A stretch of DNA of 64,000 nt from Lama guanicoe. Its lineage: Eukaryota. The stretch spans positions 7,369,902 to 7,433,901 of the forward strand of contig MU053652.1 in assembly GCA_013239625.1 (NCBI GenBank), read 5' to 3'. This document shows positions 27,240 through 40,324 of this stretch, piece by piece. How positions within the stretch are numbered: position 1 is the stretch's first letter; every line of letters starts with the position of its first letter. Position numbers and translations under genes: made by a program. The notes under the pieces were generated by a model. That model saw only the letters and a program-made list of their open reading frames with translations, was not told where the DNA came from and made no database searches.

Positions 27240-28340
27240 GGAAACTGGTGTGTGGGGAATGAGAAGGGCGATTTGGCTGAGAGCAGTGAGAAATGGGAGA
27301 AGAGGAGAGTAGGAGATAAGATCTGAGGGGGGTCCAGGGCCAGATCAGGAGGTGCTAAGCAGTTTGGGTTTGATTCTAAGTGTGATGCTTAGATGCTGGA
27401 AGCTTTTGAATAGAGGAGTGACATAACCTGATTTAGTTTTTACAAGCTCTGTCTGCCTGCTCCATGGAGAATGGCGTGTGGGAGGGCAGGCCGAGGAGCA
27501 AGCTGACTAGTGGGGACGCTACTGCTTCCCCCTTGTTGAGGTGACAGTCAGTGATAACATACAGGATGGTAGCGGGGAGGCAGCAAACGTGACTGGACTT
27601 GGGAAATGTTTTGATTGATCTAAGCTGACAAGACATGCCGATAGATAAATTGCAGGGGAGGTGGAGAGAAAATTCAAAGATGGGTTTTTGGACTTAGTAA
27701 CTGAGTTAGTAAGAGAAGACTGAAAGGAGCAGGCTCTGGAGGGCTGATGAAGGCTGCTGCTTTGGGTAGATGCCTAATAGACACCCAATGGGGGTGATGA
27801 GTAATCTGTTGGATATCTGAGCCTGAGATTCAGAAGGAGGTCAGGGCTGGATATATACATTTGGCAGTCATTAGCAGAGAGATGGTATTTGCATGCAAGG
27901 TCTAGATGAGGCCGTATGGAAGAGTGTTGATAGAAGAGAGAATGGAGCCCTGGACTGAGTCTTGGGGCACTTAAGTATTTAAAGATAGAAAGAGAAAAAG
28001 GAGCAAGCAAGCAAAGAAGCCTGAAAAGGAGAGGCTGCTGAAGGAGCAGAATAATTAGGAAGGTAGATGTCAAAGACAAAAACATGGTAAATGCTGCTAG
28101 CAGGTTGAGAAAGATGAAGTTGGAGAGGTGACCACTGGGCAGGGCAAGATGGACATGCTGATAAATTGAAGTGTTGAGTAGACAGGAGGAGACGAGGAAA
28201 CTGAAACAGCTATGTCAACTGGTTTTAGCTATAAAGGGAGCAGTGGGTGGAAACAAGGAAAATGTGTCCATGGTAACAGGAGGGAAAGTAGAAGTTAAGG
28301 GTATGGATGCAGGTCGGGGTTGACTTGATATTGAAAACAA
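27240..28340 (-). mobile_element. L2 fragment
   Basis: 'gtttgggtttgattctaagtgtgatg...aggagtgacataacctgatttagttttt', 'ggtcagggctggatatatacatttggcagtcattagc'. Confidence 0.8.
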
Positions 28341-28984
28341 GAAGTTGTTATCTTCAGATTACAAGAAAAAACGGAAAACCATTGTACTTTTCTTTTCAAA
28401 AGCATCCGTCACCATATTGGTTCCTTGATGAAATGTTAGGTCACAGACGAATGAAAACCTTGTGAATACTTGTGAATACTCACTTGGTGTAAGTTTGTTT
28501 CCAGGTTTCCTGTTCACACGCAAGTATGTTTAAACCAGTCATTTTAGTTTTTAGAAGAGCTTTCTAGTCAATTCCGTGCAAAAAGTACGTAATACAAGCA
28601 CATTTAAAAAGTTTTAAATTGCCGTTCGGCATCGACATGGAATGTAGTTATGGTTCAATTACTATCTTCTGCCCCACATATCTCTCTGTAAATATAAACA
28701 AATACAACAGTGGAATATTCAGTGGTAACAGGTGATTCTATGAACGGTTATTCTTCTGAGCTGTTATGTAGTAATCATAAATAAACAAAACGCAGTTTGC
28801 TTTAGTCAGTCTCTTCAGATTGCAATATTCAGAATTTTAATGCTGTGTTCACCTCTGCTTTGCTCCGTAACAGTGGACTGGCAACTGAACTACTCCATGA
28901 CCACTGTAATAAACAAAATTGTTGACGAAGGAAAAGCATTTTAAGAACTCAGTGTCTTCTTAATGAAGCGGTATTAATACATTT

Positions 28985-29129
28985 TCTTCCAATGTTTGTA
29001 TCATAGTAAAATACATATGACATAGAATTTACCGTGCTAACCAATTTGAAATGAAGAGTTCAGTGGCATCAAACACATTCATGTTGTTGTGCAACCATCA
29101 CCACCAACCATATCCAGAATTCTTTTCAT
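28985..29129 (-). mobile_element. L1MB-like 3' terminus fused to U6
   Basis: Minus strand 'GGTGGTGATGGTTGCACAACAACATGAATGTG...GCCACTGAAC...GTAAATTCTATGTCATATGTATTTTAC' is an L1MB 3' end. Confidence 0.8.
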
Positions 29130-29236
29130 AAAAATAGGAAATGCCTCCTGAATTTGTACAACATCATCGAGCAGGTGTCATGCTAATCTGCTCTGTATTG
29201 TTCCAATTTCAGTCTATGTGCTGCTGAAGTGAGCAC
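29130..29236 (-). pseudogene. RNU6: U6 snRNA pseudogene, full length, 5' part of a U6/L1 chimera
   Basis: Minus strand GTGCTCACTTCAGCAGCACATAGACTGAAATTGGAACAATACAGAGCAGATTAGCATG...CAAATTC...TATTTTT aligns ungapped to U6 over 107 nt with about 22 mismatches by hand; the ACAGAGA box reads ACAGAGC. Confidence 0.95.
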
Positions 29237-29529
29237 CAGTACACAGTCTAATAAAAACACTTTTTTACATAAAGAAGAAAATTACAGAGACTGTGCCTCT
29301 GACAAGCAAGATCCGTTTGATGATTATTGTGAAAATAAGGGCTTTGATCTATTCCACAATGCTCGGTATCAGAGAGTCGAGGCACGGAAGGGGACTAAAA
29401 TACCTTTCGATTCTACACTCAAAGGCAGGATGTAGGAAAAGCTTGTCTGATCCAAAATGATCTTTTCTATATTTTCCTAGTTTATCTGATCGAAAATGAA
29501 ACCACTGAAAAATGACTCAAACCCAGATT

Positions 29530-29760
29530 AACTGAGTTCTTACTGTATGCCAGGCACTGTGCTAAATAATATACAATGCATTGTCCAGCTTCATCCAAAA
29601 AGAATGCAATGAGGTAATTCTCTTATTTTCATTTTAAAGATAGTAAAACTAGGAGTCAGAAATGGCAGGATAATTAACTACCCATGGTCTCACAACCATT
29701 GTGGGTGAACGAGGTAGCTCTGGGTCAGTCTGACTGCACAGCTCTTGCTCTTGACCTCTG
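29530..29760 (-). mobile_element. MIR SINE
   Basis: 'ttactgtatgccaggcactgtgctaaa...cattttaaagatagtaaaactagg'. Confidence 0.7.
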
Positions 29761-30961
29761 TGATATGTTGTGTTGGCTTTGAAGTGATGGCAGACCACAT
29801 CTGCCCCCAATTTTTTTCAATTTATGGCCTTAGACAATCTCCCCAAACACATCCCATTCTTATGAACACACCATTTATTTGCTGGACAATGGTACCTCTT
29901 CCAGGTTTTGCACTGGACCCTCACACGTATTTCTAAGTGTTTTAGAAGCAAACATTTTCTCTATAACTGCACTCAAGATCTGTGGTTTGGGAGGATGGGG
30001 AAAGATTTCATCGGCGTTCTGCAGTGCAGTTTCTCTGTATTCATGCTCGTCACTGCTGACTTCTGAGATGATGGCTTTGAAATTAGAACATCTCTTGAAC
30101 TATAACTGCTGTGCCAGAAGACATCATTTAGAATTCAGTTTCAGCTCTGATGTACAAACATACCTGCATCTACATTCTGATCCTAACACCTGTTATGCAC
30201 TAAGAGATATATCTACATCCAGAATTTGCCCTAATGGAGCCGGGTTATCATATACTATCTAATTCAGGAAGCCCTTAAATATTTGTCAGCCATTGGTGAA
30301 GTTTCTGCTTGCTTTACTCAGACTTTGTTTTGTGGGCTTTCCTTGCACAGCACTCCTGCTACTGTTATCTGGGAGGAACCCTCCGCTGTGAAAAGAGCAT
30401 GGTTTTGGAAGACACCTGACCCTGGTTTGATTTTGAATGCTCTATTTTTAGCATATAATGCACAATTATGTTCAATTTTTTTTAAATTTCTAAGATTACA
30501 GACATAATTTTAGATTTGCCTATGATCAAGTAGAGGTTTATACAGCTGAGCGGAAATATATTTCATGTTTGTTGCTGGGGGGTGTGGTAGAGGGGCTTGG
30601 TAAAGGGCTTTAGTCTTGCCCCAACCAATCTATGTGGTAAAAGAAGCTGGTCTGGGTGAGCGCTCTGTTCCTCTCATGCTTCCTTCCTTCATGCACTCCT
30701 CTTCCTTCCTCTGAGCATCTTCCCCCCGCAGGCCTGCCCAGCCACAGATATCATCCCATAGATCAGGTTAGATGCACGAGGGCAGGTGGGCAGGAGGCTG
30801 CAAGTAGGGAATGACTTTCCTAATCCCCTTCCTTTTACTCCTCTCCTTAAGCACTGGATTCTGTACTACTGGAAAAGGTAGACAATTCTGTTGTCTCAGA
30901 AGCCAGGCTGACTTTTCATTTACCATTTTGCAAATACTGAGAGAATTGCTTTTTATTTATT

Positions 30962-31366
30962 TAAGAAAGTGTGGTATATACATACAATGGAATACTATTT
31001 GGCCTTAAAAAGGAAGGGAATTCTGCAATGTACTACCTATATATGAATGAACCTTGGGAACATTACGCTCAGTGAAATAAGCCCATCACAGAAAGACAAA
31101 TATTGCACGGATCCACTTATACAAAGTATCTACAGTAGTCACAGTCATAGAACCAGAGTGGAATGGTGTTTGCAGGGGCTGAAGGGAAGAGGAAATGGGG
31201 AGTTACTAAGCAATGGGCAGAACGTTTCAGTTAAGCTAGATGAATAATTCTGGAGAGCTGCTGCACAACACTGCACCTGTAGTCAGCAATGCTGTATTGT
31301 ACACTTATAAATCTAAGAGGCTAGATCTCATGTTAAGTGTTCTTGCAGCAATAAAATAAAATTTAA
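30962..31366 (+). mobile_element. L1MA/MB 3' end with degenerate TSD
   Basis: 'gtgtggtatatacatacaatggaatactatt', 'gatctcatgttaagtgttcttgc..caataaaataaaa'; both flanks share TGCTTTTTA (~30947 and ~31372). Confidence 0.9.
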
Positions 31367-33337
31367 AAAGCTGCTTTTTAAATCTAGATTTCCAGTGCAG
31401 AACGCTAGATTGCACTTGGGTTATGCGCAAAGCTCAAAAATGCACCTGGTCTCTCTAATCTGGCAATTTTTCATATCCAGAAAGTAAGTTAACTGTGTGG
31501 AGCAGAAGAGCTGAATTTCTGGGGCTTGGTTTGCTCTTTTAGGTTATTCCACCCAGAAAAAAATTTCCAACTAAGTACCATAGACAAAATATTGTCTTCA
31601 AATCAGGGCTTTTCTTAAATAAATAAACTGAATTCTTAAAGATACATGTTATTTCCCATGTTATCATTTGGGAGATGAAATACTACTTTGAAATCTGAGT
31701 CTCCTCCCCTTGCCCCCAACTTTCAATTATTTTCTGAAGTTTGTGCCAAATATAATTCTTGGTCAAGCAGATGATGTTTCTTCAACATGAGCAATTCTCA
31801 ATGTTTTCAGCTTCTAATTTTGTTGCCTCAATTTTTATTGTAATTTGGGTTTTCTGAGGCAGAATTGTTTTAAATGAGCACAGAAGTTTCCATTGTTCGG
31901 TGTCCTACGAAATGAGCACGCCTGAGTTGCAACCATTAAAGGCCTTCCATGGGTCAGTTTTTGTTATTGTCCCCCTGTCCGGTTCCCCACCTAAACTTTA
32001 TTTTATACGAGTGAGCTAAGAAGAAGCAACTATTATTTGACCAATTTATTTAAATAAAAAATGAGTGACTAAGTGTCTCCCAGAAAGATGGCCGGAGGTG
32101 TTTTTAAATTCTGAATGCTACAACTAAATTTAGCCAAAGTGCGCTGCTTTCTGAATGCTTCCAAGATGGAACACTGTGCTTTTGATTGTTGCTTTGGGAG
32201 CCTCATTAAGACTTTAAAAGGTCAAAGGAACAAGGACTGGAGAAAATACATTCATTTGTAATACACACAGCACAATCAAAATGTAGAAATCAACCACTTA
32301 CACCATGTTTCTACCGGGATATTTGTATAATACTCTTTTTGTGGGTAGCTGATGTGACTAAATGGTTGCATTTACTCTACCAAGTGTCTACAATATTGTT
32401 ACTAGTGGAGAAATATTTCACATGGCCAACTGTTTGCTTCATAAACTAATTTCTGAACAGAGGGTGATGTCAGAATCAGATATTTTTGCCATAAAATGAA
32501 ATCGCTTCCCTCATAGGTTTAAACTTTCTTAAGAGATTCTTCATAGGGCCTCTGCTCTAACACATTACCAATGTCATGAGATGAAGAGAGAACGCAATGG
32601 TTTGGGTCCCTGGAAAGTTGCCCTTGAAGGATGACATCAGATTTTGATAAAGAATATATTGAGAGTACAAACTATCTTAAAACTCAGTTTTCCCAGAAGA
32701 GTCTCATCTAGCCCGAATTCAATTTTCTCAGGTACATTCCAGTAATTTGTTTCTGCTCCTAAGAAGATTATTTTCATGTGATATCCTATAGAGGAATCAG
32801 TGGGAGCTTTCCTTTAGTTTGAAGTCAGCCTTTAGTATCTTCTTTCCCTAACATATTAAGAGGATAGCATAATTTTAAGCACTTTGCTACTTGGTTTTTC
32901 ACATTCTATATTTTAGCTTTTATTTTCTTTGGCTCTTGAGTGTCTCAAAAAATTATAATGAAATAACCCCATAACTTTCCTTTTTGTGTCCATAATTGAT
33001 TCTTACAATATTTGATATTCTTACAAGGATTAAGACCTACCGTATTTCAGGCACTGGTCCAAGTGCTAACAATTCACCAGTGAAATACGGATAAAAATCC
33101 CTGTCTACATAGACCTTTCACTTTTGTATATATATCTATACCTAAGTTTACCTTTTCTACCCTCAACCTCCAGCAAAAGTTCCCCAAATTATCACCAATC
33201 TTAGAATTTAAAAGATTGTGTAACTTTTTGAAGGAATTACTATGAATTATTTTCAGTCTGTGGATACAGTGTTATGGTACTCCTTGGAGGGGAGGACTAA
33301 ATCAATGCTATTTAATGTTTTTATCAATGAACAAGAT

Positions 33338-33495
33338 CAGTGAATCTTAACTGTGTCCTTTGGACCACCCATGTCTCAGTCCCTGAGATCTACTTCATAG
33401 CTCCTGATTCACAATCTCTAGGTGAAGAACAGGAATATGCATTTTAAACAAGTAGTCCAAGTGATCCTTAGACATGCTGAAATCTTAGAATTACT
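33338..33495. mobile_element. MER5A-like element
   Basis: 'caggaatatgcattttaaacaagtagtccaagtgatcc..acatgctgaaatcttagaattact'. Confidence 0.6.
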
Positions 33496-35083
33496 CACTA
33501 ATCTAGACAAAAAGATGAAAAAAAATCTTAAATTAGAAAATGACCACAAGCAACTAGACAAAGAGGACTGACCTCATGTATTCTTGGTACATAAAATGGT
33601 GTGAAAGGGCAAAACAGTTATTTTCTGAGCAACTGGCACCAGAATCTCTCCTAGAGAGAAGATTGTTTCTTGTTAAGAAAATACTTTGATGTCTGCTTGG
33701 AGAGACAACATAATAAGCCTATGAGAACAAATGTCACTGAGGCACAAAGAAAAAACAAAATAGAAACAAGATTGGAGGACACTGAACATACATACAGAGA
33801 ACCATACATCACAGGGGGAGGCTGGCTGCTGATGGCAATGACCTAGAGGATGTCTAAGACTGAATTTTTAGGCATTTGTGTGGTTGTGAGATAAACTCCT
33901 TTTTTCTTCCCAAATATTCAGTGATGGCTGCTACACACGCAGAACCTGTTGTGAGTGGTTTTCATGGGAATCAAATTAAATCAGTGGAGGTCTCTGTCGA
34001 GGTTAAAATGGAGTGGTGAAGATGAAGGAACAACTAGCAATCAGAAGTTGGGCAGAAGATGGTGGATTAAGAATGGAGAAATCAGAGCCAGAGAGTTAGG
34101 AGAAACGACTGGGAATTTTCAGAAATTCAGAGGAAGACATTAATCTTGCCATAGAATGAGGAATGGAGGGGTTGAAGTTAATTTTGTATGGATCTTGAGG
34201 CATAGGAGGACCCAAGAGGATGTTAGGCATAATGCTTAGTGATCATTTTATGTGATTATGCCTTATCTTTTTGAATAGGTTTTGGGTTTCTAGTTAGCAG
34301 GGTATTCTTGCCTTTTTTAAAAAATTATTAACCACTTTTCTGCATGTTTTATATTTTACACACTGTAGGCTGCCACATAGTTATTGAAATTTTTTTGTGC
34401 TAAAGTGAAAAGTGTAGTGAATAGTGAATGAAAAGTGTCCTAGATTTATGATCTTTAAGTTATTTCCTTGTGGACCTTTTAAATTCTGGGCCCTTAAGTC
34501 TTACAGACAATTTCAGAAAATAATTTGTCTATGCCTCTATTTCTAGAATGTCTGAGTTACTTAATATTTACTATTTCAGTGGAATGAAATGGTCATTCAC
34601 TTGAAATAACATCTATAAACTACTTTTCTATATGAAAATGTATGATACTTCAATTTCCCAAAGTTAGTTTAATTTCCCAGCAAGTATTTCAGACCTTATA
34701 TGTGCTCTAAAGCCTAATGATTATTTTAACTTTGTGAGTTAAAAATTTGTGGCTCAGTTCATTACATTTTTAATGCTGGAAGTACATTTACTTTCCTATG
34801 AGGATTCTAAATATTTAGAGTAATTATTCTTGGCATCTAGAATTTTGTTGGAGGATGCATTAAAAAAAATACTACTTGGCACCTCTTATGGGTAAAGAAA
34901 TCAAGGCATAAATAAGTGGATATGGCACAGAATAGCATTTAATTTTTGAAATTCTGGTCATAACTAACAGTAATTTCCATGCTGTGAGAAATTCCCTTTA
35001 AATCTTTTTCATCTGCAAGAGAGCTTTTGTGTTGATCTTATGTATGTTAGTTTCATATTTTACAACAATGCCTTGAAATAAGT

Positions 35084-35385
35084 TAGTCATTCCTCAGTAT
35101 CCCCTAGGATACTAGAGATTCCAAAATTTGTAGACCCTCAAGTCCCTTATAGCACATCCTCCCATATACTTTAAATCATCTTTAGATTACTCGTAATACC
35201 TAACACAATGTTCATGCTAAATAGTTGTAAATACAATGTAAATTGCTATGTAAATAACTGTTGAGCATGCTGCAAATTCAAGTTTTGCTTTTTGGAAGTT
35301 TCTGGAATTTTTTTTCCTGACTATTATTGATCTGTGTTTGGTTGAACCTGAGGATGTGGAACCAGTGGGTACTAAGGACTGACTG
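35084..35385. mobile_element. MER2-like Tigger MITE
   Basis: 'cacatcctcccatatactttaaatcatctttagattact..taatacctaa', end 'ggaaccagtgggtactaaggactgactg|ta'. Confidence 0.8.
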
Positions 35386-35389
35386 TATA

Positions 35390-35447
35390 TGCACATAAGT
35401 CAGTAAGTCATTTGCACATAAGTCATCTGCACATAAGTCATTTGCAT
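35390..35447 (+). repeat. Short tandem repeat, 15-bp unit TGCACATAAGTCATY, about 3.5 copies
   Basis: Directly visible; produces 'QMTYVQMTYVQMTY' in ORF 35400-35633. Confidence 0.85.
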
Positions 35448-35510
35448 TATGCTTTTATAACCAACCATCTTGTGTGACAGGAAATATTGTTTCCACTTTA
35501 TACACAAGAG

Positions 35511-36390
35511 TGCCAGGCAGATTTTGAGATGACCTCCAATGATCCACAATTCCTTCTTGATTATTTGACTGTGGGCTGGACCTAGTGACTCATTTCTAAA
35601 GAACAGAATATGGCAAAAGTGATGGGATGTCATTTTTAAGATTAGATTACAAAGAAAAGGTAGCTGCCATTTTCCATTTCCTTTTTTTCTCTCTCATGGG
35701 CTTTCTTTGAAGGAAGCCAGCTGCTATGTTGTGAGCTGTCCTACGGAATGGTCCATGGCATAAGGAACTCATATCTCCAGTCAATGTCCAATGAGGACCC
35801 GAGACTTGCCAACAGCCATGTAGGTGGTTTGGAATTGTACCCTGTGGAGCCTTGATATAACTACATCTACACTTTGATTCTAGCCTTGTGAGATAAACTG
35901 AGCCAGAGGCATCCAGCAAAGCTGCATTTGGATTCCTAACACAGAGAAAATAGGTAATAAATATTCATTTTTTAAGCTGCTACATTTTGGGATAAATTGT
36001 CTTAGTCCTTTCAGGCCACTATAACATAATACCACAAACTGGATAGTTTATAAACAACAAAACTTTATTTCTCTCAGTTATGAAGACTGGGAAGTCCAAG
36101 ATCTAGGGGCCAGAAGTTTTGGTGTCTGGTGAGACTCACTTTCTGATTCATAGGGCATCTTCTTATTGTGCCCTCACATGGTGAGAGGATAAGAAGGCTG
36201 GGTGGGGTCTCTTTCATAAGGGCACTCATCCCATTCACGAGGGTTCTCCCATCATGACCTGCTCACTTCCCAAAGACTCCACCTCCTCATACTGTCACCT
36301 TTGGAGGTTAGGACTTCAACAAATGAATTTTGGGAAGACACAAACATTTAGTCTGCAGTATTTGTTATACAGCAATAGATGACTAATACA
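35511..36390 (+). mobile_element. MLT1F-like LTR, interrupted by MLT1A
   Basis: 'tgggctggacctagtgactcatttcta..aacagaatatggcaaaagtgatgggatgtca', end 'tttgttatacagcaatagatgactaataca'. Confidence 0.8.
35998..36360 (-). mobile_element. MLT1A-like LTR nested in MLT1F
   Basis: 'tgtcttagtcc..tcagg..ctataac..aataccacaaactgg', 'ctgggaagtccaagatc', 'gaattttgggaagacacaaacatttagtc'. Confidence 0.85.
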
Positions 36391-36479
36391 TGAGGAAGCT
36401 GAATCCCAGAAATGCCATATGATTTGAACAAGGTATCACACAAAGAATTGAAAACTCAAGTGTTTTCTGATCACTTGGT

Positions 36480-36960
36480 CAGCGAAAGGCTCTCTGAGAA
36501 GCTGGCACTAAATAAATACCTAAAGGAAGTGAGCCATGTGAACATTTGGGGAATATGTGTTCAGGCAGAGAGACAAGCAAGGGCAAATGCTCTGTCATGA
36601 GAACACTGGAACAGCATCAAAACCAATGTGGACAGAAAAGAATGAACTCGAGAAAGATGTAGGGGATGAGGTCAAAGAGACAGGCAGAGGCTAGATAATG
36701 CAGAGCTTCTAGCCACGGTAAGGATTTTAGATTTTGTTCTAATTCTAATGGAAGGACATTAGGGTATTTTAAACAGAGAAGTGATATAATTTGATGCACT
36801 TTTTTATATTTGTGGAGAATGGAAAGAAAAACAACAGGAGGAAAGACCTAATAAAAAGATTTACTGAGGCTGGTAACTTGCCTGGCTGAGTGGTAATGAT
36901 GGCTTGGGCTAGAGACGTGGGAGTGGAAGTGGTAGTAAGTGGTGGATTGAGTGCTTGGAA
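36480..36960 (-). mobile_element. L2 fragment
   Basis: 'gccacggtaaggattttagattttgttctaattctaatgg', 'gagaagtgatataatttgat'. Confidence 0.75.
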
Positions 36961-38111
36961 ATAGAAGTAGTTTTCATTTCTGGTTGCTTCTATTGACATT
37001 TTGTCAAAGAGCATGCATTTCTGGAAGGGAGGTTTAATTATGACCAGAGAGCAATCTAGGTTTTTGATCACTGGAATTTAATGGTTTTGAAATTATGGCT
37101 GTACTCTGCTTTAACCAAATTTGATGAGCAGTCTTGATTCAAGGCGCTCAGGCATTTGAGAAGACTTGGACTCCAGGTATGTCTAAAGGCAGGTAATGCA
37201 GGTTTGGCATTCTCCTTAGATTGAGCAGATGACCATATAGTGTTAGAAAGAGCCAACACTTACTTCTTTACTTTTCCCTGTGCAACCTGCACATAAGTTA
37301 GTTTTTGTTTTCCTCTCATTTCTTTTTGACCAGCTTTTTTGGGAAGATTTCAGAGAACTCTCCCAGCATTCACATTTTATAACTATTCTTTTTCAGAGAA
37401 TGGGTATGTATATATGTGTATACACACATGTGAACACATACAGGGAACAGATGGCACAATCTCTACTTGATTTTCCTGTGTATGAGAACATACATTCTAA
37501 GTAATATGCAGAGGTTTAAGTTTGGATGTTGGTTGAGATTCCCAGGGAGCTGAACACTGGCACTTTTATTTTGAAATGTCCTATTCCTGTCTCATCAGCT
37601 TAATCTCCCATATTTTTTTTTTCTCAAAGGTGAACTAGAGTCTTTCATTCTTTTCATCTGTCCCACCAGGAGGCCTAGAATTGAACATATTTCAGGAGCG
37701 CTCTTTGTATACTTGATTTTTTCACAAGCTTTGTTTTGTAAAAAAAAAAAAAAAAGTAACAATTCATCTGGTAATTTTGAGTCTTTTCATCTTAAAGGAA
37801 GAAATTATGTGGTAAAATTTCAATAAGCAGCTCTGAAATATATCTCCCTTTTGATAAGTGTAATTGCCTTTTCCAGATTTCAGAAATAAGGTCTAATATG
37901 TATTCAATATGAATGATATGAAAAACTCATTCATCCACAGGGTGCAATTCAGATTTATTAGAGTAAAACATCCAAAAAACCCACAGATCAACTTCCTCAA
38001 TAATAAATTCACGTAAACTATGGATTTTAAAATAAATACATTCTTGGGGAATAAAATAAATGACATTTGACAAGATACTAATTATTTGTAGAGGCACTGT
38101 TTATGTTAAAT

Positions 38112-38392
38112 GCATTATGCTGAGTGAAATAAGTCAGACAAAGGCAGATACTGTATGATATCACTTATATGTGGAATCTAAAAAATACAATAAAGTAGTG
38201 AATATAATAAAAAAAAAAACCAGACTCACAGAGAGAACAAACTATTGGTTACCAGCAGGGAGTGGGGGAGTGGGAGGTACAAACTACTGGGTGTAAGACA
38301 GGCTCAAGGATGTATTGTACAACACAGGAAATGTAGCCAGTATTTTGTAAAAACTGTACATGGAATGTAACCTTTAAAACCTGTATGAAAAA
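38112..38392 (+). mobile_element. Young L1 3' end stub
   Basis: 'attatgctgagtgaaataagtcagac...gatatcacttatatgtggaatctaaaaaa...ggttaccag'; TAAATGCA on both flanks. Confidence 0.9.
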
Positions 38393-40072
38393 TAAATGCA
38401 GTTTATGCACTATTTTCCCAGCATTTTACCAACTAAGATCTCTTACCCTCTTCATCATTCCTTGATCATCTACTACATTTAATCCATCCCAAATGAGTAA
38501 AGGTCCTGCAGACTGTTGGTTGAATCTACCTACAGAACAGGCATTTCACATAGAAAACATACCTTACTTTCATTCTCTCAGATGTGAGAAACATCATATC
38601 ATGATGGAAATTGGAATAATTCCAGCCTTAGAAGTGTCCTCTAGAATTTCCAGATGTCCATAAATTCACACTTCGGAGTGGAGGGATCATAATTTATAAA
38701 CTGCTAGGGAGTAAAAAGGGTTAAACAACCATTACATTGGGTGTTAAAAAGTAGATGTATATTTTGTGCTTTTCCTCATCATACAAAAGCAAAGGTTTTT
38801 CATTATGCTAGCACAGTAAATTTATTATTTTCAAGCTAGTGCCTCAACTTCTGGAACACAGAATTAATGGGCTCTTCGAAATCCTCTCTGAATCGCCCAG
38901 AGTTAATGGTGGTTCTTCTCATCTGTCATCTTAAATTGTAGTATGTCTCCCAGATGCATTAAAACAAACAGACATTCTAACTTCTTTGCATTCCCATTGG
39001 CACTAAGCAAAAAAAAAAAAAAAAAAAAAAAAAGTAAAAAATGAGTTCTTTACAAGAAAACTCCAAAACTGGAAGCCCTGACTATAAACTTGGACGTCAC
39101 TCAGGTTTGCCAACCAACTCTTTCAGACTGCAAATGACACATTTATTTATAGAGCTATTTAGATAATAATGGAAGGTTTAATGACTTGTTTTCTAAACTA
39201 GCAACCAATGTCAAGCCTGTGAGTTTGATGCCTGCTTTTAAAATGATCTGTTTGCAAAAAAAACCCAAAAAACAAAATAAGTTTGCATCTGTTTTCTGGT
39301 GAAATAATTAAAATTGGAAGTGATAAGAATATGTTAATCTTCAACATTACACTTGTTTCTGGTCATATTTTGAGAGAAGACTATTTTCTGATCCAGAATT
39401 ATGGCATTAAAGTCACTGAGAATGAATTAATTCATGGCTCCATATATCTCTCTAGGAGAAAAGAGTAACAGAAAAGTTGTGTAAGTAATTTCATCATTTT
39501 ATGTTGTCTCATGTTGGAGCTGGACCCAGTTTAGCCTGGGGAGAATCCAAATCACTGTTGAAAAGAAACCAAGTTTGTAGTCAAAAAACACTGCTACATA
39601 CAGCAAGTCCAAAGAACGAGGGAAGCCCAAGAATGGGGGAAGAAAATGAAGTGAGAAAGCTAGAGAAAAAGAGAATGTGAGAATGTAGTTTAAGGAACTG
39701 GTCCAGTACAGTGGTTTATAAGCAAGGTCAATCATTTTCAGATAGTTCCAGTACTCTCCTGCAGCGATAATGGCACATCAAAATGAGAGTGGGATTTATA
39801 GGATCAGCAAGACTCAAACCTTCGCTGTCCCCACTCCTTACCCATAATTGCTGTATTTCCTTCAGTGTTTATTTTTTCTTGGTACAAGATAGCTAAAAAG
39901 TTGAGTGACAGGTCAGTTAAACAGTCAGGTTTCCCTGACTTCGTCCTAGATAATGCCTACCTTTTTGTATAGTTATCAATAGCATCCCCTTCACAATCCA
40001 GTTTCCCAGTTCATGGTCACTCTAGCAAGGGCCCAAGATGAGAAGGTATGAGCACTTTAATCCTTTGTGGAT

Positions 40073-40108
40073 ATTATTATTATTATTATTATATTATTAT
40101 TTTATTAT
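40073..40108 (+). repeat. (TAT)n microsatellite
   Basis: Directly visible. Confidence 0.85.
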
Positions 40109-40324
40109 TCCTATAATACCTGTTGAAATCCACGCAATCCATGTAGGAAAAGATTTCTTTGATCATTCCTTCTTCGAGAGATGGCAAAGTGTATGTGAAG
40201 GGATGAGATGTATTCCTGGAGAATAAAAAAAAAATTAGAGAAATTTGGTTCTTAACTATACAGGACATCAAAGATCCACAGACCATGAAAGTAAATTTAA
40301 GAACATCGATATAAAGTTAAATAG

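Noticed and set aside
29130..29236. Functional U6 gene
   Set aside because: About 20% diverged, altered ACAGAGA box, fused to L1, and no evident PSE/TATA upstream.
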